DNA of 64,000 bases from an uncultured Collinsella sp. (GCA_902495645.1 CABUXY010000002.1:149640-213639), one strand, 5' to 3'; positions 19,116 through 29,622 are shown, numbered from the stretch's first letter. Numbers and translations are program-made. Notes: generated by a model from the sequence alone, not told the origin.

Positions 19116-20285
19116 TTACTCGGTAAAGGCGTTGCCGACGCTCTGACCGCCAACATACGTCTCGACGAGGGTGAGCTCATGGTCGAACACGACAAAGTCG
19201 GCGTCGCGACCCGGCATGATGCTGCCGCACTTATCCTCGATGTGCGCAGAGCGAGCCGGTACCTCGGTTGCCATGCGAATGGCGATATCGGCGCTGGCGA
19301 TGCCCCAGTCGACGATGTTCTTGACGCCTTGGGCAAGCGTAAGCACCGAGCCGGCAATGCTCTTGCCATCGGCAAGCCAGCACAGGTTGTCCTTCATGAT
19401 GACGTCCATGCCGCCACTGGTGTAGCTGCCCTCGGGCATGCCGCCGCAGCCAAGGCAGTCGGTGATGAGCACCGTATGCTGCCAGCCCTTTGCCTGCAGC
19501 AGTGCCTTGATGGCAGCAGGGTTTACGTGTTTGCCGTCACAGATGATCTCGGCGTAGGTCTCGGGCGTGGACATGGCAGCGCCCACGACGCCGGGCTCAC
19601 GGTGATGCAGCCCGCGCTGGCCGTTATAGGTGTGCGTAAAGCAGCTGGCACCGGCGTTGATGGCGGCGATGCACTCATCGTAGGTGGCGTCGGAGTGACC
19701 GATGCTGGTCACCACACCCTTAGCGTTCAGAGCAGCCGCATAAGCAGCGGCACCATCGCGCTCGGCCGCCATGGCGCTCTTGACGATGCGGCCGCCGGCA
19801 GCCTCCTGCCACTGATCGAAGACCTCCTCGGAGGGATCGATAAGATAAGCGGGGTTCTGCGCACCCACGTGCTTCATGGTAAAGAAGGGGCCCTCCAGGT
19901 AGATGCCTTGGATACGAGCACCACAGAAGTCGGGGCCGCGGCCCTCGTCCGCCTGGGCGATGGCGGCGCAGGCGTCCTTGATCTGCTCGACGCCATCGGT
20001 GAACGTCGTGGGCAGCCAGCTGGTGGTACCGCGACGGGCGAGCTCGGTCGAGCTGATATCGATGCCCTCGGGATCGTTATCGGTAGTTGAGTGGTTGTAG
20101 AAACCATGGATGTGAGTATCGACCATACCCGGTGCGATCCACGATCCCGTGTAGTCCTTAATCTCGCAAGAGGGCTCGTCGGCCTGCCAGGCGCCAAAGA
20201 CGCCATCCTCGACCATAAGATAGCCGCCCAGTTGCGGACCTGCTGGCAAGAAGAACTTGTCAGCCTTAATTGCGTACGTGCTCAT
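19116..20285 (-). CDS. nagA: N-acetylglucosamine/N-acetylgalactosamine-6-phosphate deacetylase
   Basis: PGMVDTHIHG, LEGPF, GAQNP, GHSDAT, THTYNG, IAGSVLT. Confidence 0.93.
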   Translation of the reverse strand: MSTYAIKADKFFLPAGPQLGGYLMVEDGVFGAWQADEPSCEIKDYTGSWIAPGMVDTHIHGFYNHSTTDNDPEGIDISSTELARRGTTSWLPTTFTDGVEQIKDACAAIAQADEGRGPDFCGARIQGIYLEGPFFTMKHVGAQNPAYLIDPSEEVFDQWQEAAGGRIVKSAMAAERDGAAAYAAALNAKGVVTSIGHSDATYDECIAAINAGASCFTHTYNGQRGLHHREPGVVGAAMSTPETYAEIICDGKHVNPAAIKALLQAKGWQHTVLITDCLGCGGMPEGSYTSGGMDVIMKDNLCWLADGKSIAGSVLTLAQGVKNIVDWGIASADIAIRMATEVPARSAHIEDKCGSIMPGRDADFVVFDHELTLVETYVGGQSVGNAFTE

Positions 20286-20402
20286 ATGCACTCCTTGCTT
20301 CTAAAGCAGTTGACTGTAGTGATGCTTATACCCAGCTCACATAAAACAAAAAGCGCCCGCCCGCCGTTATGAGCGGACGGGCGCCCTTACAGGGGGACGC
20401 GA

Positions 20403-21569
20403 TTAAGCGGTGAAGGGGTGAATCGTCACGCCCTTAACCACGCGGTTGACCGTGCCGGTGGGGCTCGGCGTATCGGGCGTGTTGCCCACGCGCACGGAGT
20501 TGAGCAAGCTGATAGTCTGGGCAAACATCACGAACGGCAGAGCAAGGTAGCCCTCGGGAAGCGCCTCATAGCCCTTAAAGGTGAAGGACTCGCCCTCGTA
20601 GACGGTAGCGCCATCCTGCTGAACGGCAACGGTGTGCTGAGCAATATCGTCGCCACCGATCTCGTTGAGAATGTCGATGTCATACTGACGGGTGTAGGCG
20701 TCGTTGTTGACGAACACGAAGACGAGGGTCTTGTCGTCGACGAAGGACTTGGGTCCGTGACGATAGCCCATGGAAGTGTCGTAAGAAGTGGCAACCAGGC
20801 CGTGAGCGAGCTCGAGGATCTTGAGCTGGCTCTCCTGGGCAAGGCCACCGAAGGAGCCAGAACCCAAGTAGGTCACGCGGTTGAAGTCGCCAGCCAGGTA
20901 ATCGGCGACCTCGGACTCGCGAGCGATAACCTCCTCGCCCATCTTGGCGATGGTCTCGACCCATTCAGCCTTCTGCTCGTCAGAGGCAGTGTCAAAAATA
21001 AGGGTGGAGAGCAAAGTCATGCAGGAATAAGAGCCGGTCATGGCGAAGCCCTTGTCGTTGGCGCGCGGAATGAGCAGCGTCAGCGCGTTGGGATCATCGG
21101 CAGACTCAACGGCGAGCTTGCCCTCGGGAGCGCAGGTGATGTTGAGGAACTTGACGTTGTGGACGAGCTCCTTGGCAACGGCAACGGCGGCAAGGCTCTC
21201 GGGGCTATTGCCAGAGCGGGCAAAGGAAACCACGAGCGTGGGATCCTCGGCGCGCAGGAAGTCGCGCGGGGCGCTCACGATGTCGGTCGTGGCGATGGGC
21301 TTAAAGTCATAGAGATCGGTGTTGCCAGCGTGACGCAGGTACGGGGCGCAGGTATCGCCAACGTAGTCGGACGTACCGGCACCGGTGAAGACAACAGACA
21401 GACGGCCCTCGCCCATAGCGCGAGCCTCAGCCAGAAAGGCCTCGATGGCCTCCTTGTTCTCGCGATAGATGTTGAGCGTATCACGCCAAAGCTCGGGCTG
21501 CTGAGCAATCTCGGCCGTGGTGATCTGGGCGCCGAGCTCGGTGAGCTCCTCGACACTCTTCTCGAACAT
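20403..21569 (-). CDS. agaS: SIS-domain galactosamine-6-phosphate deaminase/isomerase
   Basis: TAEIAQQP, GAGTSDYVG, SFARSGNSPES, FAMTGS, RHGPKS, PDTPSPTGTVNRVVKGV. Confidence 0.9.
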   Translation of the reverse strand: MFEKSVEELTELGAQITTAEIAQQPELWRDTLNIYRENKEAIEAFLAEARAMGEGRLSVVFTGAGTSDYVGDTCAPYLRHAGNTDLYDFKPIATTDIVSAPRDFLRAEDPTLVVSFARSGNSPESLAAVAVAKELVHNVKFLNITCAPEGKLAVESADDPNALTLLIPRANDKGFAMTGSYSCMTLLSTLIFDTASDEQKAEWVETIAKMGEEVIARESEVADYLAGDFNRVTYLGSGSFGGLAQESQLKILELAHGLVATSYDTSMGYRHGPKSFVDDKTLVFVFVNNDAYTRQYDIDILNEIGGDDIAQHTVAVQQDGATVYEGESFTFKGYEALPEGYLALPFVMFAQTISLLNSVRVGNTPDTPSPTGTVNRVVKGVTIHPFTA

Positions 21570-21680
21570 TTCTAATACCTCTTTCTTTACTAAATTGTCT
21601 GATATACAAAGACTTAATCTGAAAAGTTAAATCGGGTAGTAGTCATAGGCTGTTTTTCTTTCGTTAGCACTCGTATCCGA

Positions 21681-22415
21681 TCACAGAGTATCTCGATAAT
21701 GAGAAATCCTGTACTTAAACTTGTCCGCACGAGCCACCGAAAGCGTGAACTCGACAACATCATTTTGGGTGTTGTGAGTAGTTCGGACTATGTCCAGAAC
21801 TGGCGCACCCTCACCAATACCTAGAAGCCGAGCGTCACATGGACGTGCTATACCCGCAGAGAACTCCTCATCCGCCACTCGAATTTTCTGCTGATAATCC
21901 TGCTCAATAACATCGTAAAGGGGCTTTTGTTCGAGTAGAGGACGCTTGAGTGAAATAAAGAGCCTTGCTGGAAGATAGCTACGCTCAACCATCATAGGTA
22001 TACCATCTGCCATTCGTAAACGTTTGAGTTTTAATACCTTTTCACCCAAATGAATCCCCATTTGCATCGAGAGCGTTTTATCTGCTTCCATTTCACAGAA
22101 CTCTAAGATGGTTGTTTCTGGCAGCCGGCCCATCGCTTTCATCTGTTCAGTAAAACTGTACGATTGGGTAAGATTTGTTGCTTGAGCTAGTCGATCGGCA
22201 ACAAACGTACCGCGACCTTGTTTTCGCACAATCCGACCAAGATACTCAAGTTCCTGAATTGCAAGCCGGACAGTCGACCGCGAAAGCCCGAAACGTTCGG
22301 CAAGCTCACGTTCGGACGGAATCAAATCACCTGGCTGATATTCATGATCAATTTTTTCGATCAGAATATCTACGAGCTGGTCATATAGCGGTTGTCTGTG
22401 CCTCGTGCACGTCAT
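21681..22415 (-). CDS. GntR (HutC/UTRA) regulator, copy 1
   Basis: PSERELAERFGLSRSTVRLA, QGRGTFV, UTRA domain. Confidence 0.9.
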   Translation of the reverse strand: MTCTRHRQPLYDQLVDILIEKIDHEYQPGDLIPSERELAERFGLSRSTVRLAIQELEYLGRIVRKQGRGTFVADRLAQATNLTQSYSFTEQMKAMGRLPETTILEFCEMEADKTLSMQMGIHLGEKVLKLKRLRMADGIPMMVERSYLPARLFISLKRPLLEQKPLYDVIEQDYQQKIRVADEEFSAGIARPCDARLLGIGEGAPVLDIVRTTHNTQNDVVEFTLSVARADKFKYRISHYRDTL

Positions 22416-22502
22416 GATATTCTCCACGTAATGAGCAATTGACCAATACTTCAGCCTTCAGGTAACGCACCAACATGTCCCATAAATGGGCTAATAGCGA
22501 CA

Positions 22503-22931
22503 CTACATCTCATCGTCTTCATCAATGTCAGAACTCTCGAGTTTCTTGAGATCGACTCCCTCACGACCAACGACCCGTGCGCGTTCGGCAAGTTCATCAA
22601 GCGTTGGGTCTCCAAACGCACGCGTCATAACGAGCTCCACCAACATAGGTAGATTTGTTCCGGTGACAACGGTCACGTTATCGAGCTCAGTCGTCATTGG
22701 GATAGCTTGATTGAACGGAGTACCGCCAAGCAAATCAACAAACACCAATACGCCATCACAAGCTTGACGCATCTTGGCAATGCAGGTTCGCAAATCATCA
22801 CCAAAAGTAACCGCCTCCGAGCCCGCAAAAGGAACTACCTCAAAATTAGGCTGTTCGCCGGCGACCATATCCACAGCGCTTTTCAAACCAGGTGCAAACT
22901 GACCGTGACCAGTTAGTACAAATCCAATCAT
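22503..22931 (-). CDS. Mannose-family PTS IIA
   Basis: LTGHGQFA, DLLGGTPFN, GTNLPML. Confidence 0.92.
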   Translation of the reverse strand: MIGFVLTGHGQFAPGLKSAVDMVAGEQPNFEVVPFAGSEAVTFGDDLRTCIAKMRQACDGVLVFVDLLGGTPFNQAIPMTTELDNVTVVTGTNLPMLVELVMTRAFGDPTLDELAERARVVGREGVDLKKLESSDIDEDDEM

Positions 22932-23012
22932 TCTATCTACCTTTCTACCGTTCGCTTTCTCTAGCCATAGAACCCCTCAAAAGGGCTCTTACGACCACTG
23001 CATCATTAAAGT

Positions 23013-23636
23013 TTAGTGAGTATTTTGTTTTATCGTGGGAGGTCTGTGAGCGTCTCTAAGCTGCTTTTCAAGGTTGCGATATCTACGTGCTTCGCCCTTG
23101 TTCCCGCTGCTCTCATATTGATATGAAAGCAGCAGATAGAGCTTTCCGCGTAACCCAAGGTCGTTCGTATCCAGCATAGCTTCCATCTCATCGATCTTAT
23201 CATGCCGACGGCAAAAGACTATGTCGTAGGTTAATTGACTGTCCGCCAAAATGCCCTTCGACACGATGGGGCGCATCTCTTCCAACATGGACGCCGCCCG
23301 CTTCCGGTCACCCGTCTTGATATAGAAATTAAAGGCGCGAACCGCAAGCTGTCGACGTTGTTTGTCGCTGCACGGCATCTCCAGCAAGTGGTCAAGCATT
23401 CGATCTGCATATGCGTCCATATCAGCAGCTTCATAGATCGTGAAACGCAGGTAATACTGCTTATACGTAGACATTACTATGCGCGCAAGTTTGCGATCGA
23501 GCAGGTCTATGCAATCTTGGTATAAGCCCAAGTTAAACAATACCTGCAATTTCATATCGAAGTATTTTTTCGCTCCTTCGGTCACAGCGAAATAAGCCAC
23601 GACAACACAAATGAACAGGACGATCCAAAATGGCAT
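23013..23636 (-). CDS. Hypothetical protein with N-terminal membrane anchor, helical (TPR-like)
   Basis: 207-aa ORF with hydrophobic N-terminus and SD-like GAAGGG. Confidence 0.6.
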   Translation of the reverse strand: MPFWIVLFICVVVAYFAVTEGAKKYFDMKLQVLFNLGLYQDCIDLLDRKLARIVMSTYKQYYLRFTIYEAADMDAYADRMLDHLLEMPCSDKQRRQLAVRAFNFYIKTGDRKRAASMLEEMRPIVSKGILADSQLTYDIVFCRRHDKIDEMEAMLDTNDLGLRGKLYLLLSYQYESSGNKGEARRYRNLEKQLRDAHRPPTIKQNTH

Positions 23637-23824
23637 TGCACTATATTCCCTTCAAGGCATCCTTAAGGAATTAATCGAACACGATGACTGCATAACCGCC
23701 TATGAACAGCGGTGTCCGACAAAACAAAAGAGGCGCACACTCCAGGGGATATGGCGATAAAGTCGCCTTGGAGGTGTGCGCCACGTCTCAATTGAGGCTC
23801 AAATGCCGTGACAATATGGGGTAT

Positions 23825-24664
23825 TTAGCCCTTGCAAATGATACCGAATGCACCCAAGGCAATGGACAGAACCAAGACGATAAAGATGGCCTTCGTCGAG
23901 GTCATGCCCTTCTTACCGAGGAGCCAGTATACGAAGCCGACGAGTGCGGCAGGAACCAGCTTGGGGCAAATCATATTGCAGATGTTCTGCAAGTCAACGG
24001 TAACGCCGCCGATAACAGGCTTCGCCGCAATAACGATACCGACATTGGTTGCGACCAGGGCACCGACCATAAAGACACCCATTACGGAGGCCGCGTCGGT
24101 CAACGCGTTCAGGCGGTCGCTCATGGTGGTGACGAGCTTCATACCCTGCTCATAGGCCATGTGAGTCTGCTTGCAGCGGAACCAGTCAACAAGGATGTTA
24201 ACGGCGACCCAGATGAAGATACCCAAGGGGTTGCCGTTCATGGCCATATTGGCAGCCAGAGCGCCGAAAATGGTCGGGAGCAGCGAACCGAAGATGGAAT
24301 CGCCGATGGAAGCCAGCGGTCCCATGAGACCAGTCTTGAGACCGGCAACAGCCTCGAGGCCCTCAATGCCCTCCTCTTCCTCGATCGCCAAATCGATACC
24401 GGTGATGATCGTGTTGAGGAAGTTTGAGGTGTTGAAGAACGGTGCGCACTGGGCGCGGCAGGCTTCCTTTAGCTCCGGCGTGCCGTCACCGTACAGCTTG
24501 CGCAGCGTGGGCAGGATAATCCAGAGATAACCAGAGTGTTGCATGCGCTCGTAGTTCCAACCATCCTGGAAACCAAGCAGGTTACGACGGTTGATCTGCG
24601 CAAGGTCGTCCTTGGTAATCTTGTAGCCAGTGGTGCCATTGGCGAGTTTCTCATTAGAGCTCAT
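23825..24664 (-). CDS. Mannose-family PTS IID
   Basis: WNYERMQ, FFNT, KTGLMGPLASIGDSIF; start set at ATG 24664. Confidence 0.92.
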   Translation of the reverse strand: MSSNEKLANGTTGYKITKDDLAQINRRNLLGFQDGWNYERMQHSGYLWIILPTLRKLYGDGTPELKEACRAQCAPFFNTSNFLNTIITGIDLAIEEEEGIEGLEAVAGLKTGLMGPLASIGDSIFGSLLPTIFGALAANMAMNGNPLGIFIWVAVNILVDWFRCKQTHMAYEQGMKLVTTMSDRLNALTDAASVMGVFMVGALVATNVGIVIAAKPVIGGVTVDLQNICNMICPKLVPAALVGFVYWLLGKKGMTSTKAIFIVLVLSIALGAFGIICKG

Positions 24665-25541
24665 CGTCGTCGTCTCCCTCCGCAGCGCCAGCAGCAGCGA
24701 CGGGACGCTGGTTGTTCTTGTAGTACAGCAAAGACAGAGCAAAGCCAATAATAGCGATCGCCAGCATCGACATGTTATTGAACATACCGACCATATCCAC
24801 GGCGCCCTTACCAAGCGCACCGTTCACAGCGACGATGTTGGCGTTGAGGTTCATGATGCTCGTGAAGGCCGTACCAAACAGGGCGGCGACTACAAAGCCG
24901 AGCAGCAGGTAGGCGACGTGCTTTTTGACCGGCAGGTAACGGAGCAGGATGGCGAAGCCAACGGCGGGCAAGGCACCGCCAGCAACAGACAGACCGTCAC
25001 CCAGCCACTTCCAGTCGCCGTTAAGGGCGGTGGTGATGCCCTCGACCAAGCCCTGGCCAAATGCGAGAGCCAGGAAGACCGGAATCATGCGGGACAACAT
25101 CCAGGAAACGGCACCGAGCAAGTAGTGTACGTTGTAGGCGCCCCAGTTCATCTTCTCGATATCGGCATCGCACATGTGACCGAAGAACGTGTTGGCGAAA
25201 CGGCCGGCGATATCGGTGTAAACGAGAATGGCAGCGACAGGTACGCCGATGGCGGCAAGAGCCGTCTCGGGATTCATGCCCGCACCCACGGCAAAGGCAG
25301 TGGCGACCAGAGTGCCGGAGTTGGCATCGATACGAGAGGCGCCGCCAAAGGTACCAACGCCCAGGACGGTGAGCTGCATGCTGCCGCCGATAAACAGGCC
25401 AGTCTGCAGGTCACCCATAATCAAACCGGTAATCATACCGGAGAAGACGGCTGAGCCGGCACAGGTGTACCAGTTCAGCTCATCCAGAATCTGATAACCC
25501 GCATACAGGGTTAACAGAAGAATCTGCCACCAAGCAATCAT
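24654..25541 (-). CDS. Mannose-family PTS IIC
   Basis: GLIMGDLQTGLFIGG, GGALPAVGFAILL. Confidence 0.92.
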   Translation of the reverse strand: MIAWWQILLLTLYAGYQILDELNWYTCAGSAVFSGMITGLIMGDLQTGLFIGGSMQLTVLGVGTFGGASRIDANSGTLVATAFAVGAGMNPETALAAIGVPVAAILVYTDIAGRFANTFFGHMCDADIEKMNWGAYNVHYLLGAVSWMLSRMIPVFLALAFGQGLVEGITTALNGDWKWLGDGLSVAGGALPAVGFAILLRYLPVKKHVAYLLLGFVVAALFGTAFTSIMNLNANIVAVNGALGKGAVDMVGMFNNMSMLAIAIIGFALSLLYYKNNQRPVAAAGAAEGDDDDEL

Positions 25542-25634
25542 GGTAAACTCCTTATTTAAGGTGTAACAGTTTCTACAATACCAATACGCTTATATAAACC
25601 GTGCATCCCCCTTCACGGCCTAGCGTTAATTCGA

Positions 25635-26099
25635 CTAGAGCGTGAGAGCCTCTGGGTTATCCTGCGGCGTCAGCTGAATGACAATAGGAAGATTATCGGC
25701 CTTGAGTTTGGCAAATGCGTCAAGGTCCCCCTGGTCGCAACTAATGTTGCGATTCAGCTTCTTGACCGGCTCCATTGTCGTCATATTACCGACGATGAGC
25801 TGCTCAAGCTTAACACCTTGTTCCAAAAGTCGAACGTAGACCTCAGGCTTTTTCGCAACAATGAAGAGACGTTGCGCATCATATTTGCCAGCAGTGATGT
25901 TGGCAGCGGCCTTGTCGACAGGAAGCACGGACAACTTCACAGTTGCCGGGCAAGCCATGCGAAGAACCTGCTTTTGGGTAGCATCTTGCGATACCTCGTC
26001 GTCAACTACCATGAAGCGGCTTACCTGACGGGCGTTAGACCAGAGGTTTGCCACCTGTCCGTGAATCAAGCGAAAGTCGATTCGTGCGCCTACAATCAT
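25635..26099 (-). CDS. Mannose-family PTS IIB (intact)
   Basis: RIDFRLIHGQV with the phospho-His; VGNM. Confidence 0.93.
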   Translation of the reverse strand: MIVGARIDFRLIHGQVANLWSNARQVSRFMVVDDEVSQDATQKQVLRMACPATVKLSVLPVDKAAANITAGKYDAQRLFIVAKKPEVYVRLLEQGVKLEQLIVGNMTTMEPVKKLNRNISCDQGDLDAFAKLKADNLPIVIQLTPQDNPEALTL

Positions 26100-26101
26100 T
26101 T

Positions 26102-27898
26102 CTACTCAACTCCTTCTTGTTCAAGTGTACGGATAACGGGCTCAGAGCGAAGGGAGATTTTCGCATCATACACGCCCTCTGTTTCGAACATAACGAGTTC
26201 ATTGGTACCAGGGTGTAATAAACCGTGCGGAACATAGAGCGTCATGATGGGACCCTTATCCCAAAAACGTCCGACATTCGTTCCGTTTACGAATGCCACA
26301 CCCTTTCCAAAACCCGTAGTGTCGATAAAGGTATCAGCCGGCTCAGATATATCAAACTTTGCGCGATAAAAAGAAGGTTGCCCCTCTACCCAGCCGGCGG
26401 AATAATCAAGATTATCGATGTTATCGAGTGGCAGACAACGCATCTCCCAACCGGTAACAAAGTGAAGATCAACGCAAACTCCTGTCCTAATGCCCTTATG
26501 CTGCGTATCAGCGAGCAATTTGTGACCATAATTGACGCGACCCATATCCTCGGTCAGAACATCCAGGCGGTTGTGTTCACAGGGAAGAACGCAGTGAATA
26601 TCTTCCCCGATGTGCTCCTGATACTGCGTCGCCACTTTGTCACCGTTCACAAACACCTGAGCGCGGTCGCGGGCGTCAATAACCCGAATACGCTCTTCAT
26701 CTGCACGGTCACGCTCGACAGTCGTGGTATATAACGTATATCCATACGACTGACCCATCTCTTCCATGGGCATAGGATATTGGGCTTCAATCGGCTCCGA
26801 AAGAATATCGAGCACATTAAAGAGACTTACGCGCTCACTCACCGAAATATCGGGCATGGAAAACGCCTTTTTTGTTAACGGCTTGCTTTGCGCGATATCG
26901 GGACACAGCTCGTGAACTGTCCTTTGAATTGCGAAGTATTTCTCGGTCGGGTTGCCCTGTTCGTCCAATGGAGCATCGTAGTCATATGATGTCACCTGGT
27001 GCAGGTCATGCGTATGGCGTGCAGAACATCCGTTCATAAATCCAAAGTTGGTGCCTCCATGAAACATGTAGAGGTTTAAAGATCCTCCAAGCTCGAGCAC
27101 CTCGCGAACGCAAGAGGCAAGATCCTCGGGATCGCGCCTGATGACGTTCTCCCCGTAGCGATTGAACCAGCCGTCCCACAACTCCATGCACATAAGAGGC
27201 CATTGTTTTCCATGCTCCTTGTGAAAAGCAGAAAGAGCCTCAAAGTTCTCCTTTGCATGAGAACCAAAGTTGCCGGTGCACAACACATCATCGTCAATAA
27301 GCGTACCAGCACGAAGGCACCCACGCCACGGACCATCGGAAGTACAAAGGGGCACGGAAACCCCACGCTCGACCATAAGGCGACGAATCGCACGAAGATA
27401 GTCCTTATCCTCGCAATACGACCCATACTCGTTTTCAACCTGCATCATGATGATGTTTCCGCCCTTGTCAATCTGACGCGAGACGAGTATCGGCATGAGA
27501 TGGTCGTAGTACTGCGCAACGTGAGCAAGAAATTTGGGGTCGCTGCTACGCGGCCTCATATCATGTTCGCGCAGCAGCCATGCTGGCATGCCGCCAAATT
27601 CCCATTCTGCACAAATAAACGGAGAGGGCCGAACAATTGCATACAGACCGAGCGATGCTGCCTCATCAAGAAATGCCGCCAAATCGATTGAGCCAGAAAA
27701 ATCGAAGACGCCAGGCTTTGGCTCATGAAGATTCCACGGTACATACGTTTCGACCGTATTAAACCCAAGAGCCTTAAGGTTATAGAGCGAGTGGTGCCAG
27801 TCGCTCGGATGAACACGCATATAGTGAATCGCCCCCGACAAGATGGTGAACGGCTCATCATCGAGTAGGAATTGATTGGTGATCTTAAACGAATGCAT
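26102..27898 (-). CDS. GH35 beta-galactosidase (BgaC/GnbG-like)
   Basis: SGAIHYMR, GFNTVETYVPWNLHEP, QVENEYGS, YMFHGGTNFG, TSYDYDAP; no signal peptide. Confidence 0.93.
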   Translation of the reverse strand: MHSFKITNQFLLDDEPFTILSGAIHYMRVHPSDWHHSLYNLKALGFNTVETYVPWNLHEPKPGVFDFSGSIDLAAFLDEAASLGLYAIVRPSPFICAEWEFGGMPAWLLREHDMRPRSSDPKFLAHVAQYYDHLMPILVSRQIDKGGNIIMMQVENEYGSYCEDKDYLRAIRRLMVERGVSVPLCTSDGPWRGCLRAGTLIDDDVLCTGNFGSHAKENFEALSAFHKEHGKQWPLMCMELWDGWFNRYGENVIRRDPEDLASCVREVLELGGSLNLYMFHGGTNFGFMNGCSARHTHDLHQVTSYDYDAPLDEQGNPTEKYFAIQRTVHELCPDIAQSKPLTKKAFSMPDISVSERVSLFNVLDILSEPIEAQYPMPMEEMGQSYGYTLYTTTVERDRADEERIRVIDARDRAQVFVNGDKVATQYQEHIGEDIHCVLPCEHNRLDVLTEDMGRVNYGHKLLADTQHKGIRTGVCVDLHFVTGWEMRCLPLDNIDNLDYSAGWVEGQPSFYRAKFDISEPADTFIDTTGFGKGVAFVNGTNVGRFWDKGPIMTLYVPHGLLHPGTNELVMFETEGVYDAKISLRSEPVIRTLEQEGVE

Positions 27899-28117
27899 GC
27901 TACTCCCGATTTTCGTGCTCTACGACGCGGATGCCGGTTCCTCGGCCCTCGGCTAAACGCCTTGCCTATTATGGACGCATTAACGCAATTATGTAGACAG
28001 AATCTGAAGTGGTCCGTAAACGGTAGCGAAATGACGATGAACGGCTTTAATAAAGAAAATTAAACTACCTGTCAGACCACTGTTTAATTATAGATTCCTA
28101 ACGATTCTATATTTGAA

Positions 28118-28135
28118 AGGTGGTATGTACCACCT
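28118..28135. promoter_or_regulatory. HutC/NagR-type GntR operator candidate
   Basis: AGGTGGTATGTACCACCT (16/18 palindromic) in the AT-rich region upstream of the GH35-PTS operon. Confidence 0.6.
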
Positions 28136-28310
28136 ATCCACTATTTCCTACTAGTTACGTTATGTTTAATCGCATTTCTTCAAATGCTTATCTACTTTGG
28201 ATTCACCTACATGAGCATAAGAGATCTGTTGCCTTCCTATTTCCAAGCCTGAAAATATCCAGAATCGAACCTGACTTTCTTACGGCCGACTCGCCGCGTT
28301 CGACGACTCG

Positions 28311-28753
28311 TTAATACAGCAGAGCATTCATGGAGTCGGGTTCGTCACTGGGTAGATTGCGAACTTCCATTTTCACACCAAGCGCTTGCAGCTCTCTGAG
28401 AGCGGCGATGTCCGCATCGCCTATGGCGACCGTGGGCGTTGCGGGACGCCTGCCCTCCCCCGCCCGCATATGGCCGATGCTGACCTTGGCGATCGACACG
28501 CCGCCCCCAACCAGCGCGAGCGCATCGGCGGCTGAGGCCACCATGATCAGAATCCATTGACGCGGCGTTGCGGTATGAATGATGTCGATAGTCCTTTTGC
28601 ACCGAGAAAAACCGTGTCCACACGCCTTCTGGCGCCGCGGCCCTCGTCGGCCTGCCAGGCGCCAAAGACGCCATCCTCGACCATAAGATAGCCGCCCAGT
28701 TGCGGGCCTGCCGGCAAGAAGAACTTGTCAGCCTTAATTGCGTACGTGCTCAT
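28311..28753 (-). pseudogene. Chimeric remnant: nagA 5' end fused to a frameshifted PTS IIB 3' part
   Basis: 28643-28753 is nearly identical to 20175-20285; 28311-28640 is similar to the IIB pseudogene at 14777-15110, with a +1 shift near 28592. Confidence 0.85.
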
Positions 28754-28896
28754 CTATGCTCCCGCACCCGCAGTGTGTTTTAGGGCGAATCAAAAACCAC
28801 CTCATTGTTAATTCGAGCGATTGTTCGTTGCCTTCTACCGCTTGGCTCATTTTGCACCCGCCGCAAAACACGCCAAGCCGTTTATACCCAATACCG

Positions 28897-29622
28897 TTAG
28901 ACAGCGCGGTTGTGGTAGACCTTGTACTTAAACTGGTCGGCGCGCGCAACCGAACGCGTATACTCGATAACCTCGTTGTTCATGTCATATGTGGTACGAA
29001 TCAAATCCAGGACCGGTGCGCCTTCGGCAATCTCGAGTAGACGAGCGTCGGAATGGCGTGCGATACTCGCGTAGAATTCTTCCTCGGCCAGGCGAACTTT
29101 CTCGTGATAGTCCTGTTCGATCATGTCATATAGAGATTTGTTCTCGATCATGGGGCGCTTAAGCGCAAAGAATTTGCGGCTCGGCAAATACGTGCACTCA
29201 ATCATCAGCGGCACACCATCGGCAATACGCAGGCGCTTGATCTTGTACAGACGCTCGCCCAGACGCGCGTTCATCTCTGCGGCAATATTCTTGTCAGCCT
29301 CGACCTCGGTAAACTCAAGAATCGTCGTCTTGGGCACACGGCCGATCGCCTTCATCTGCTCGGTAAAGCTATAAGTTTGCGTGAGGTTTGCCGTCTGCAG
29401 AGAGCGGTCGCTTATCATGGTTCCACGGCCACGCTGACGAACCACCAAGCCCAGGCGCTCAAGCTCCTGCAGGGCAAGGCGAACAGTCGTACGCGAGAGC
29501 CCGTAGCGCTCCGACAAGTCACGCTCGGACGGCAAATAGTCGCCGGGTCGAAGTTCGTGATCGATTTTATCGGTCAGCAAATCGACGAGCTGATCGTACA
29601 GAGGTTGTTTGCGCGCTCCCAT
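28897..29622 (-). CDS. GntR (HutC/UTRA) regulator, copy 2
   Basis: PSERDLSERYGLSRTTVRLA; clear paralog of 21681-22415; start uncertain. Confidence 0.9.
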   Translation of the reverse strand: MGARKQPLYDQLVDLLTDKIDHELRPGDYLPSERDLSERYGLSRTTVRLALQELERLGLVVRQRGRGTMISDRSLQTANLTQTYSFTEQMKAIGRVPKTTILEFTEVEADKNIAAEMNARLGERLYKIKRLRIADGVPLMIECTYLPSRKFFALKRPMIENKSLYDMIEQDYHEKVRLAEEEFYASIARHSDARLLEIAEGAPVLDLIRTTYDMNNEVIEYTRSVARADQFKYKVYHNRAV

